Made by a program: the position numbers and the translations under genes
The notes under the pieces: generated by a model
The model's database searches: none
Told to the model about the DNA's origin: nothing
Seen by the model: the letters and a program-made list of their open reading frames with translations, nothing else
In this document: positions 41,327 to 51,016 of the stretch, piece after piece
Layout: every line of letters starts with the position of its first letter
Position numbering within the stretch: position 1 is the first letter of the stretch
NCBI GenBank assembly: GCA_963837955.1
Contig: CAWIPH010000002.1
Location: 3,360,001-3,424,000, forward strand
Reading direction: 5' to 3'
DNA: 64,000 bases
From: an uncultured Verrucomicrobiae bacterium
GTDB taxonomy: Bacteria > Verrucomicrobiota > Verrucomicrobiia > Chthoniobacterales > JAFAMB01

Positions 41327-42343
41327 ATGTTTCGTTATCTGACAAAGAGCATCTTGTTATTAGGACTAACTATTGTTATTTGCTGTGTTATCTATCCGCT
41401 GGCAGTCTGGGGCATCGGACAAGTCTTTTTTCCGTTCCAGGCCAACGGTAGTTTGTTGAAGGGTCCGGATGGATCGGTCGTTGGTTCGAAGTTGATCGCT
41501 CAACCATTCACCAAGGACGAGTATTTCCAACCACGTCCTTCAGCCGCGTCCTATGACGCGTCTGCGTCGGCCTCGTCCACCTATGCAGCTTCCAACTATC
41601 TGTTGCGCAACCGCGTTGCTACCGTGCTAGGACCGATTGTGAAGTACCGAAGTGGTCCGAAAACGGGGCAACTAGTTGCACCCGACATCGAGGCTTGGTT
41701 CCAGCAGGACAAATTCGCGGGTAACCAACAAATTGTCGCGCAATGGGCTGACCTGCACAACGCCGTGGCCCTGGCTTGGGTGAATGCGGACCCAACGCAC
41801 GCCCAATATGTAGACGCGTGGGCAAAGGCCCATCCCGATTTAGTCGCCCAGTGGGTCAAGGATAACCCGAGCACGCCGCAACCGAAGGCAACGGATCTCG
41901 CAGTCGTTTTCTTCGAGAACTTCTCCAAGGATCATCCTGGGATGTTCCCTTCAGCCGTGACCCAAACGGGTACTGACGGTAAGGCCCAGACCTCCATCCA
42001 ACCGGTAAAGGACGGAACCGATGTGCAAAGCAACTTTTTCGAAATGTGGCGGCAAGATCATCCGGATGCTGACCTGCAAGAAGTTCCCGCTGATCTGGTA
42101 ACAGCATCTGGCTCCGGTCTCGATCCTCATATCACGTTACAAAACGCCGAGTTCCAACTGGATCGCGTTGCATCCAAATGGGCGGACGATACCAAACGGG
42201 ATGGTGCGGAGGTTCGCAAGGAGATCGATCAAATTTTGCAATCCAACGCTTCCGCGGCTTTTTCGGGTCTAGCCGGAGAGAAGTTTGTGAACGTATTGGA
42301 AGTAAACTTGGAGCTTTGTAGTCGGTACGGTGTACCGAAATAA
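41327..42343 (+). CDS. kdpC: K+-transporting ATPase subunit C (enlarged)
   Basis: FPFQANGSL, GSKLIAQ, YFQPRPSA, VPADLVTASGSGLDPHIT, VNVLEVN. Confidence 0.93.
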   Translation: MFRYLTKSILLLGLTIVICCVIYPLAVWGIGQVFFPFQANGSLLKGPDGSVVGSKLIAQPFTKDEYFQPRPSAASYDASASASSTYAASNYLLRNRVATVLGPIVKYRSGPKTGQLVAPDIEAWFQQDKFAGNQQIVAQWADLHNAVALAWVNADPTHAQYVDAWAKAHPDLVAQWVKDNPSTPQPKATDLAVVFFENFSKDHPGMFPSAVTQTGTDGKAQTSIQPVKDGTDVQSNFFEMWRQDHPDADLQEVPADLVTASGSGLDPHITLQNAEFQLDRVASKWADDTKRDGAEVRKEIDQILQSNASAAFSGLAGEKFVNVLEVNLELCSRYGVPK

Positions 42344-42502
42344 GTGGTAGAGAAAAAGTAGCGGAAATCAGATAGGAAATCAGCGTTCCGCGGGGCGACT
42401 CAGATTGATCTCGATCTGGGTTTGCCCTGCGGCGTGCTTTTCGGCGGTCGCAAGCGCGTGGTCTTTAGGTGCGCCGCTACCACTTTGAATTGCCGACGCG
42501 AC

Positions 42503-43393
42503 CTAACTGTGCGTTTGAACGTCCATACCACTCACTACCCGCACAAAATTCAAAGTGACGGCTTTGGCCGTCCCCTTTTTCCAGCCCAGTCCGACGGAAA
42601 GATCCAGGGTGCTGTCGGCGATCTCACGATAGACCAGACCGGGCGGCCCACATTCTCGATAACTGGAAGGAATCAAGGCTATGCCAAGACCAGAAGCAGC
42701 CATCAGTAACAAGGTAGTTAGATCGGACGCTCCTCGAACGAGATTGACGGAAATCCTCCGCTTCTTGAGATATGGCAAGATGACGGCGTAAAGATTGTCA
42801 GAGTCGTCTTGCAGCGCAACAACCGATTGATGACGTAAATCCCGGAGTTGAAGTCTCTCTTTTCCGGCCAGCGGCAGGTTGGCCGCGAAGGCCGCAATCA
42901 TCGCGCAGCTACCCAATTTTATCACTTCCAGGTTCGGATCGTTCAGCGGCAGCGGCAGAATGCCGGCGTCCAAATCGCCGGCGCGAAGAGCCGCGATTTG
43001 GTCGGTCATGGATTGGGTGACGATCGAACAGCGGACGGCCGGGTACTGCTTTTGGAAATTCTGCAGGAGGTGCGGCAGTATCGTAAACGTCGTCCCGTCC
43101 TCACAGCCAATCCGTAGCAACCCTTTCTCGCCGGTGCCATGTCGCTTGACCTCGATCCGGGCAGTCTCTAGTTCCCGAAAAATTCTTTCGGATTGCTCGA
43201 GGAGGGCCTGACCGGCCGGCGTTAGCTCGACATGACGCCGGGTTCGCACCAAGAGCGGGGTTCCCAATTCGTCCTCCAGATTTTTGATGCTCTTGCTCAG
43301 AGGCGGTTGGGAAACGCCCAACAAGGCAGCCGCTCGCCGAAAATGCAGAGTTTGCGCAACCGTTCGAAAATACCGGAGCTTCACTAGATCCAC
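42503..43393 (-). CDS. LysR family transcriptional regulator
   Basis: LRYFRTVAQTLHFRRAAALLGVSQPPLSKSIKNLE. Confidence 0.93.
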   Translation of the reverse strand: MDLVKLRYFRTVAQTLHFRRAAALLGVSQPPLSKSIKNLEDELGTPLLVRTRRHVELTPAGQALLEQSERIFRELETARIEVKRHGTGEKGLLRIGCEDGTTFTILPHLLQNFQKQYPAVRCSIVTQSMTDQIAALRAGDLDAGILPLPLNDPNLEVIKLGSCAMIAAFAANLPLAGKERLQLRDLRHQSVVALQDDSDNLYAVILPYLKKRRISVNLVRGASDLTTLLLMAASGLGIALIPSSYRECGPPGLVYREIADSTLDLSVGLGWKKGTAKAVTLNFVRVVSGMDVQTHS

Positions 43394-43470
43394 GTCTGAT
43401 ACTTTTGCGGAATCAATCGAGGTTGTAAAGAGTCTTGGAGAGATCAGCCCGTGGTCAGCAGGTTGCCCTC

Positions 43471-44340
43471 ATGAATCCTTCTATCTCTACCTCAGTACTG
43501 TTTCTCGGAGCTCCAGGACTTATTGGAAACCATGTGATTCCAGCTCTTGCCGCGGGCGATTTTTCGGTGATGGCCGGCAGTCGACGCGGGCTGGCGATCG
43601 GCGGTGCGACTGGCGTCGCTGTCGATATGCGAGACCCCGAAACTCTGGCGCGGACGATGCAGGGGATCGCCACGGTTGCGTTCGTTATTCCGGACGTCAT
43701 CGATATGGAGGCTCTCGGCCTGAACGTCGTTGCCGCGGCTCAATCCGCCGGGGTGAAACGGCTTCTCTGGTTCTCCAGCTTTGGCGCAAGCCCGAAAAAT
43801 GAAGCTCGTTTCAGTCGCCGCCACCCCGTGATTGATGAAGCAGTCCGCTCCTCTAGCATTCCGTACACGATATTGCGTCCGAACTTTTTCATGCAGGATT
43901 TCACGGCCTTCTACGGGGACACTATCCGGACGACCGGAACAATTTTCCTGCCGCTGGGGGATGCCCGGATCAGTCATCTCGATCTGCGCGACCTCGGCGC
44001 AGCAGCCGTCGCGGTGCTGCGGGAGGATCGGCATCTCGGCAACACTTACGATCTGAGCGGGCCGGAAGCGTTACATACCTCCGAGGTGGCAGAACAGATC
44101 GGATCAGCGATTGGTCGACCGATTCGCTACGAATCGATCTCCGCTGCCGCGCTGGAAGCTGAGTTGCGCGCTGGCGGTGCTGATCCTTACTTTGCTGCAG
44201 GCTTGGCGGAATTGTACGCCTGGATCCGGGACTCCGGACTAGGTAGTGAGGTTACAGGAGCAACGGAGCAGTTGCTCGGTCGCAAGCCAACTCCTTTCCG
44301 AAAATTCGCCGTCGATCATCGATCGGCGTGGCTGGGTTAG
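43471..44340 (+). CDS. NmrA-like NAD(P)H-binding oxidoreductase
   Basis: LGAPGLIG, TILRPNFFMQ, YDLSGPEAL. Confidence 0.9.
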   Translation: MNPSISTSVLFLGAPGLIGNHVIPALAAGDFSVMAGSRRGLAIGGATGVAVDMRDPETLARTMQGIATVAFVIPDVIDMEALGLNVVAAAQSAGVKRLLWFSSFGASPKNEARFSRRHPVIDEAVRSSSIPYTILRPNFFMQDFTAFYGDTIRTTGTIFLPLGDARISHLDLRDLGAAAVAVLREDRHLGNTYDLSGPEALHTSEVAEQIGSAIGRPIRYESISAAALEAELRAGGADPYFAAGLAELYAWIRDSGLGSEVTGATEQLLGRKPTPFRKFAVDHRSAWLG

Positions 44341-44375
44341 TTCCGGGACTTAGCAAGTTTTTCAAGGGGCGCCAA

Positions 44376-44879
44376 ATGATCAACAGCCTACTCTTTGCTT
44401 TGACCTTTATCTCGGCACTCAGCTGCGGGCTGATGGCCGGTGTCTTTTTCGCTTTTTCGGCGTTCGTCATGAATGGCCTTAGCCGCCTGCCAGCCACGCA
44501 GAGCATTGCTGCCATGCAATTCATAAATGCCGCGGCGTTCAATCCTTTGTTTGGGGCGGCGTTTTGCGGAACGACTGCTGCGTGCGTTCTTCTGGGTGTT
44601 GCTTCGCTGTTCATGTGGCACAAACCCGCTGGGATCTTCCATCTTGCCGGGAGCCTGCTCTATCTCGTCGGCGCGATTCTGGTAACACTCGTATTCAATC
44701 TACCGTTGAACGGGGGGCTAGCAGCCGTCGACGCGACGAGCGCCGATGGCGCCAACCTATGGGCTGGCTACTTCACCAACTGGATGGTGTGGAATCACGT
44801 GCGAACAGCCGGGGCCCTTGCGGCCGCGGCATCGCTCACCATCGCGCTCTTTTTATCACACAACGAGAGAGCAGCGTGA
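44376..44879 (+). CDS. DUF1772 / anthrone oxygenase family membrane protein
   Basis: GVFFAFSAFVM, AMQFIN, NLPLN, WMVWNHVRT. Confidence 0.88.
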   Translation: MINSLLFALTFISALSCGLMAGVFFAFSAFVMNGLSRLPATQSIAAMQFINAAAFNPLFGAAFCGTTAACVLLGVASLFMWHKPAGIFHLAGSLLYLVGAILVTLVFNLPLNGGLAAVDATSADGANLWAGYFTNWMVWNHVRTAGALAAAASLTIALFLSHNERAA

Positions 44880-45021
44880 TTCGGCTGTAGATGGATTTGA
44901 TGGATGAGTCCGCGGATGGACCCGGTCCGTTGCTCGAACCGGGTCCTGATGCGGGATGTAATCCCGCTCGCTCCAATCGGCGCTCGCATGTCCCCTCCAG
45001 GTCGGGCACATTATCAACAGC

Positions 45022-45648
45022 ATGCGCGAAATTCTTCCCGGCATCTTCACGTGGGGTTCGACCTACGCCGACAGGCCGTGGGACTTAAACGGTTACGCGA
45101 TCAGGCTCGAAGAATGCACGATACTCGTTGACCCACCGGCACCCGAAGATGACTGGTCGAGCTTCAACCTGATTAAGCCAATCACGAAGATCGTCCTCAC
45201 CAACCGTGACCATGTCCGGGACGCCGAGCTGTTTCGGACACGCTTCGGCGCTCAGCTCGTCGTGGGGGCGGATGAGGTGGCTCAACTCGCCCCCATTGCG
45301 GTCGACGAAGCGGTTAGCGAAGGAGACCTGATTGCTGGTGCTCTCCGCGTGATTCATCTCCCCGGCAAATCGGCCGGCGAGATCGGGCTGTACTTTAGTC
45401 AAGCACACCATGCGCTCTCGCGGGAGATGGGCGGCATCTTGCTCCTCGGCGATGCGATCATCGGGAACCCGCCGGGCGCACTGGGTCTGATTCCGGAGCC
45501 CAAGCTCGATGACTCCTCGAAGCTCAAACGCTCGCTACGCAAACTGCTCGATTACGACTTTGATGTATTACTGCTCTGCGATGGCCAACCTCTACTGAGC
45601 GGGGGCAAACGGAAAGTCGTCGAGTTTTTGAACACGCTGGCTGGATAG
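45022..45648 (+). CDS. Metallo-beta-lactamase-fold protein (atypical motif)
   Basis: ILVDP, LTNRDHVRD, LPGKSAGE, LLGDA, LLCDG. Confidence 0.8.
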   Translation: MREILPGIFTWGSTYADRPWDLNGYAIRLEECTILVDPPAPEDDWSSFNLIKPITKIVLTNRDHVRDAELFRTRFGAQLVVGADEVAQLAPIAVDEAVSEGDLIAGALRVIHLPGKSAGEIGLYFSQAHHALSREMGGILLLGDAIIGNPPGALGLIPEPKLDDSSKLKRSLRKLLDYDFDVLLLCDGQPLLSGGKRKVVEFLNTLAG

Positions 45649-45807
45649 ATCACATACGAGGCGCCATCTCGGAAGTCTTAACCCGCGAAGCGCTCGTGTC
45701 TCGAACTCCGATGTTTCCCGTTCAACGAATGCCCGATTGCTGGACCGACCGGGAAATCCCAAGGGCTGACCTGCACAACGCCGCGGGAATTGTAGGACTG
45801 CTCCGAC

Positions 45808-47253
45808 TTAGCTGGCGCCGTGGCGTCGCTTGATCCGCTTGTTTTGTACTTTGCGTTGGGGGAACTCTCGTTTGTCCTTATGGAAGTAACAAATCTCGAC
45901 CAGCGTCGGCCAGATTTCCAGGGTAGCATGAATTTGGCTCACCACGTCATCAACGATCCGCGACACATTTTGTTGAAAAAAATCCGGTTCGAAACCATAG
46001 AAGGAGCGCGCCAGATTTTCGGCAAATAACAGCAACGCCTCTTTTCGCTCGGGGATTTTCGTCGAAGCTGCAGCGTTCAGGACACGAGTATGAACTGCCG
46101 TGATGCTTTGCAGAATTTCTTCGCTATCCTGCAGCGTTACTTCACCCTCGTACTCGAATCGGATCGATAAATCATCAACCGATACCAGTGACGACTTAAT
46201 TTTTTTCTTCAACAACGTACAGATCTCTTCGTTGAAGACGTCCGTTGCCAACGGACTTCGCATATAGTTGTTCTTGATGTGAGTCTGCACGGCGTCGGTA
46301 TGAGCTGCCACAATCCCGTCCTGCTGTATCCACAATCGATAGATATAATCCTCAAAGCGGAGCCGGGTGGGAAAAAAAGGAGGCAGGCCGAGCCGGTTAT
46401 CGTAACCAGCAACTCCGCAATCGATTCGCCAATTCTTGTTGGTGACAACTGGCCGGAAATTTTCCAGCACGTAGACCTCATTGATCTCGTGCAAATCTTT
46501 TTGCCGTTGATCTTCGTCATGCAGATACATCTCCACGTAGTCGAGGGCGTCGATGTCGTTGGTGCCGGTTCGAAAACTCTGCGCTATTTTAACGATTGCA
46601 TTTTTCGAGACTGGCCCATCCTCGAGTAGGAGCGAGTTCTCTATAACAAATTCTTTGGTCACGTTTGTCTCGAGGTCCATCGACGTGTCGACCAGAAGGT
46701 TCCCGGATTCGAAATTAGCCGGCAACTCGCTCACCTTTTTTCCCAGCACATCTTTGAATGATGTAAGAATGTCGAACGACTTGTCGATGTATCCGTTTTC
46801 GCCCGGTTTTTTTAAACGGCCGCGACTGACCTCCTCCGGTTTCAACGATTCGGGACTGCTCTCGACCAGCGCATACGGACGCATATCATCATCCGCGCTG
46901 ACCAGGAATGCGCCCAAGGTGTAGATCAGCGAGAAATTGCGGTTGCCTCCATAACTCGGCCGAAAAATGGTGCGCACGAGCGACTCGAGCTTTCTGTCGC
47001 GGAGTTTCCTGTTCAAGAACTTGAGGAATTGCTCCTTCTCCTGAGGACCGACGTAGTAGAGGTCGTTGACCGTTCTGGTCTTCTCCAGCTTTGAATAATA
47101 CTTCTCGTGATTGGCTAAGCTTGAATCGTCGAAGACAACGATCTTCACCGAGTGACCGTTGCTCCAAAAATTTGCGTCGTATTCCTCAATTGTCTCGGCC
47201 ACATCACGCAAGCGATAGGTGGGGATGGCGAATATCGTATCTGCGGTTTTCAT
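45808..47253 (-). CDS. Uncharacterised protein with GT-A (GT2/RGP-like) glycosyltransferase motifs
   Basis: FAIPTY, VVFDDSS, YGGNRN, VSADDD and RFEDY occur in GT-A order. Confidence 0.75.
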   Translation of the reverse strand: MKTADTIFAIPTYRLRDVAETIEEYDANFWSNGHSVKIVVFDDSSLANHEKYYSKLEKTRTVNDLYYVGPQEKEQFLKFLNRKLRDRKLESLVRTIFRPSYGGNRNFSLIYTLGAFLVSADDDMRPYALVESSPESLKPEEVSRGRLKKPGENGYIDKSFDILTSFKDVLGKKVSELPANFESGNLLVDTSMDLETNVTKEFVIENSLLLEDGPVSKNAIVKIAQSFRTGTNDIDALDYVEMYLHDEDQRQKDLHEINEVYVLENFRPVVTNKNWRIDCGVAGYDNRLGLPPFFPTRLRFEDYIYRLWIQQDGIVAAHTDAVQTHIKNNYMRSPLATDVFNEEICTLLKKKIKSSLVSVDDLSIRFEYEGEVTLQDSEEILQSITAVHTRVLNAAASTKIPERKEALLLFAENLARSFYGFEPDFFQQNVSRIVDDVVSQIHATLEIWPTLVEICYFHKDKREFPQRKVQNKRIKRRHGAS

Positions 47254-47498
47254 TAAGTAAAAGCGTCGGATCGTTCGGAAGCGCCGGGGGTCCGTCAGGA
47301 CTGGATGAGCCGGGTGCAAAACCCGATTCGTTAAGCGCACCATCGACTTTCACGTCGAGGAGAAAGGAGGGACTGATAGTCTCTCTTGGTTCCGCATCGC
47401 GCGGGTTAGTTTGAGCGGACTCATTCCAAGAGTCATGCGCTCGTTCATTGCGCCAGAAATATTTGAGCTTTCCACGAATAAGGCGGTCTGGTGTAAAA

Positions 47499-47639
47499 AG
47501 CGTTTAGCGTGCCAAATCCGGCCTAGCACTCCTAATCACTTCGTTTCCAGGGAGATAAGACCGAGTTATCGCCATCATAAGTCTTGGCGAGATTTGCAAC
47601 CTGCGAGCCGCAGCCGAGGTCGATGTCGCAAAGAGCAAG
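47499..47639 (-). promoter_or_regulatory. Sigma-54-type promoter with paired enhancer boxes
   Basis: Minus strand TTGGCACGCTAAACGCT (GG-N10-GC, 47515-47499). Boxes TTGCAACCTGCGAG (47594) and TCGCAAAGAGCAAG (47626) are 32 bp apart. Confidence 0.65.
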
Positions 47640-47772
47640 GATTCTTCTGGCGAGTAAGCATGCTCTGATTGAAACAGAGACGGTCCCATCCCGACAGGGA
47701 CATCGGATAGGGCCCAGTCCAGCGGCTGCACATCTGCCTCAACTTAAGGCGCAGAAACATGCGCAGAGACTC

Positions 47773-47999
47773 GTCCCGGAGGGACCGAATGAAAGAAGCC
47801 CAGTACGAAGTGCTGGGTGGCGTTCAAAAAAGCGGCCCGTCCCGGACGGGACGATCGACGGCTGCTTACGCTGGTGAAGCCGCGTACGAGAGGACTAGGA
47901 GCCAAAACGCTTCGATCGTCCCGGACGGGACGGACGTCTCTTTTTGCATTATTTCCCAGCACTTCGTACTGGGCTACTTTCATCGGGTCCCTCCGGGAC
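47773..47999. mobile_element. ~230-bp palindromic MITE/REPIN-like element
   Basis: 45-bp terminal inverted repeats with 3 mismatches, plus an inner ~22-bp inverted repeat CCGTCCCGGACGGGACGATCGA. No coding capacity. Confidence 0.85.
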
Positions 48000-48518
48000 C
48001 AATCCACTCGCACATATCTCCTCCTTTTATGTCTGCCGCACATCCGCGACCGCGGGCCGTGGCAAACAGGCAGAGAATCGCTCTCAGGGAACGGCTCCAG
48101 AATGACAAGGGCCCCTGGCAATCTGACGGTCTTTAGGCCTCCGGGACTAAGAAGAAGTAATCCCTCCGGGTAGGGAATAAAAGACCCCTTCCGCTAATAG
48201 CGGCAGAACGTGCTCACCATTACTATCCATACAGTAGTTTCGGTTAGTCCGAATATCATTAGAGGATCGACGAATTGAAAAATGGTGCAGGTGGAGCGGT
48301 TATGGATAAACGAGTTGCTTTTCAACAAACTAAAACAATATCCGATCACCCCTTACTAATCGGGGAGATTCTCCGAAGAGCCGCAACGCGGAATACTCGG
48401 AAGGCGAAATGGCGAGCATTCTTTAGCAGGATAAGAATCTTCTGATAGATCGTCGCAAATTGAAAGTTGGCCCAAGACGACCTCACTGCGTTATCGATAT
48501 GCCTCATTTACCAAAGAT

Positions 48519-48686
48519 ATGAAGGCGAGTCTGACAAACTGGATGATCCTGAAATTACTCGCACTCTTTACGACCTCTTGCCTTATCCTTTTGGCAGCCT
48601 TTTCAATGATTGTCCAAATGGATACGGAAATGAATGCGCTAGAATTGAATGCCTCTACTCCTGAGTGGCCACCGCCACAATACTAG
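48519..48686 (+). CDS. Possible small membrane protein
   Basis: MKASLTNWMILKLLALFTTSCLILLAAFSMIVQMD...PEWPPPQY*, 55 aa with one TM. Co-oriented with the next gene. Confidence 0.4.
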   Translation: MKASLTNWMILKLLALFTTSCLILLAAFSMIVQMDTEMNALELNASTPEWPPPQY

Positions 48687-48724
48687 CGGGATCTTAATCT
48701 CTGGGTCGGTGCAACCCGGCAGGA

Positions 48725-49114
48725 ATGAGAGCGGGCAAAATGTGGTCAAATTTCTGGAAGGACTTTAATAGCGAGAATGATTGGCGATTTCCCGACACGG
48801 CTCCGTCGCAACTCCAAGAATTGCTAGATGATCCAACCGGAAATCATCCGGAGCACGTGCGCGCTGAATGGATGTGGCGACGTAGACCGAAACTGGTTTT
48901 GGGAGAAGGATTTCTCGGCTATTGCCTGGTACTCACAGTCGGCGTGTCATTACCGCTTGTTCATCCCTATGGGATCGTTCTCGATCTGATCTGGCTGTTT
49001 ATCAGTTCTCTGCTGATCGCTTCAGACACGGTACGCGCTATCCGCTGGAGGCGGAATTATGAGGCCAGTCTGTGCCGGCTGATTCGCAGCACGCGACGAA
49101 GAGAAACGATTTAG
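48725..49114 (+). CDS. Hypothetical membrane protein
   Basis: Two TM segments followed by RAIRWRRNYE. Confidence 0.6.
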   Translation: MRAGKMWSNFWKDFNSENDWRFPDTAPSQLQELLDDPTGNHPEHVRAEWMWRRRPKLVLGEGFLGYCLVLTVGVSLPLVHPYGIVLDLIWLFISSLLIASDTVRAIRWRRNYEASLCRLIRSTRRRETI

Positions 49115-49220
49115 CCGGTTCTGCGTTGCGCCCTCAAAAAGCGTAGCCTGATGCTTCCTCCTTCGTTCTCCCACACCCCCCATAACTTCGGCGGACAAGC
49201 CAGCCTCAGGAAGCATATCA

Positions 49221-49320
49221 GTGATCGGTGATTATTGACTGGTGAGAAGGCAGCGAGAGATTTCTACCGAGGTTTTGCCAATAGGCATCGACCAATCACC
49301 AATCACCAATCACCTATCAC
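49221..49320. repeat. Short tandem heptamer repeats in inverted arrangement
   Basis: (ACCAATC)x3 plus ACCTATC at 49291-49320, with complementary degenerate GTGATCG/GTGATTA/TTGACTG units at 49221-49245. Confidence 0.65.
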
Positions 49321-50171
49321 ATTCGCAGCTGCCCTCGGTTCCTGAGCCAGGAGGATCAGGCTACTTCGCGAGGTCCTCCGGTGGCTTAAACTTTTTTTAA
49401 CGTCCAAACTGCCGCCGTCTTAACGCTGGGAAGGTTTACTTACTAAGCGGCTCCTCCACAAGAAATGTCGAGGTAAGTCCACTTGGAAGTTCATCATGAC
49501 CAGCCAGTGCTTCAAGAGTCCGGCGCAGCAATTTCCTCAAAGCTTTGAATGTCTCGCTCGAGCTATGAAGAAGAACTTTGTCCGGCAATACGAGTTTGCC
49601 GTTCTGCTCCGTCTCCTCTCGTCTCAATTCACTCCCCTATCCAGCGAAAGCCAAACGCTCCGTATCGCCTCCCGCACCGCCCGAAACAAGGGATCAAAGC
49701 TAAAGAATCTACTCACCAGTCTAGGCTGGAGCCTAGCCAAACCGAAACATACACACCCGGCGTTTTTGATCTGGTTTCGTTTGGTAAAATCAAGTCCACC
49801 CCGTCTGACGATTCTGCTGCTGAGTCTTGTTGCCGGAAAACGACTGCGCGCTCGGCTCCTTGACGATTTCTATCCGTGGAACTCGATACGTCGAGACGAG
49901 CTCAAGCGTCCGACGCGGATCGCAAAATCGAAAACGTAAATCGCCTCAGTGCGGGCTTCCGCGATTAAAGAAAAGTAATCCATCGGAGGGGCTACAAAAC
50001 ACTCTTTCGGCCAGTAGCGATGGAAATTGTCAAATGTTAGCCTACCAAGAGTAGGTTCCGTCAGTCCGAATGGAGTTTGGGGAACCGCGGCGGAGGATAT
50101 CAGTCAAGCGGGTCAGCGCAGAGTCGCTCGCAGGTGGGATTGTGTTAGCAAAGGGTGAAATGAAGATTCAT

Positions 50172-50705
50172 ATGGAAATTAATAATGCAGGGATTATGCC
50201 AAAAAAGAGAGAAAATATGACGGCGGATCCGTTTCCGCCCGACACCATTCCTGTCAGAAGAGGCTCGAGACCTAAAACATTGATTGGGCCGTTGCACATT
50301 CAATGCAACGGACACGGTGATCCAAAATATCTGAACCAGTTAGTCGACGACGTGCTGACCTGGCCTCACGTTGAGTCTACGCCACCTGCTAGCCGTTTGG
50401 ATACTATTCCCATACGTTTGGAGGAAGCGGCTACCACCAGTAACTCTTCAGCATTTATCAGCACGAGGGAGTTTGCTCGGGTGCTTCTGGGAGCTCCGAC
50501 GATATATTTGGCGTTACCCTTGGTATCCGCTCACTGGGCAATCGTGCGCGGATGGGCCGAGCCACACTACCTTCGATCGTTCGGGTTGATGCCGGCCGGC
50601 GCCGTGCTCGTGTATACGCCAAAGGATCCAGCGGAACTGGCGGTCTGCTATTCTCTCTTCGCTGAGGCTTACAATTTTGCCTGCAGATTCGGCAAAGACG
50701 AATAA
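50172..50705 (+). CDS. Luciferase-like (DUF5519-type) domain protein
   Basis: RRGSRPKT, REFA, LALP, GWAEPH and VLVYTPKDPAE match this family as I recall it. Start uncertain. Confidence 0.7.
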   Translation: MEINNAGIMPKKRENMTADPFPPDTIPVRRGSRPKTLIGPLHIQCNGHGDPKYLNQLVDDVLTWPHVESTPPASRLDTIPIRLEEAATTSNSSAFISTREFARVLLGAPTIYLALPLVSAHWAIVRGWAEPHYLRSFGLMPAGAVLVYTPKDPAELAVCYSLFAEAYNFACRFGKDE

Positions 50706-51016
50706 TTTTTATCCATCCTTCGGGTAACCGATAACCACTCTTTTGGCTAATAGCGAGCCGCTGGGTATATCAGTACACTATATTGCCGATTCGGCAGGAA
50801 GGAATGGTTCTCAAATGGTTATTTGCAAGAGTACAACCGATGCTTACTATCCGATGTCGGGTAGGCTGCCGGACCTGATCCGCGGAAGTGGAAGGATTCG
50901 ATATTTTCGCGGCTTTCTTCTCATGAATCCGAAGCAGTCCGACCCAGCCGTCGGCTCGCGTAGAGGAAGAGAGAGAGCAAAGTCTCACTAAACAAAGAGC
51001 GGGAATATCCAGCGAG

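Noticed and set aside
47744..48173. ORFs 47759-48136, 47744-48121, 47817-48173 and similar ORFs at 36142-36728
   Set aside because: They are translations of the palindromic repeat element, not genes.
48061..48190. c-di-GMP-I riboswitch (GGCAAAC...GCCTCCGG.CTAA)
   Set aside because: No GAAA tetraloop stem or GACGCAAAG junction, and the spacing is wrong.
49436..50054. ORFs 49436-49627, 49496-49939 and 49549-49863
   Set aside because: No recognisable family, and they overlap one another. One may be real, but I cannot tell which.
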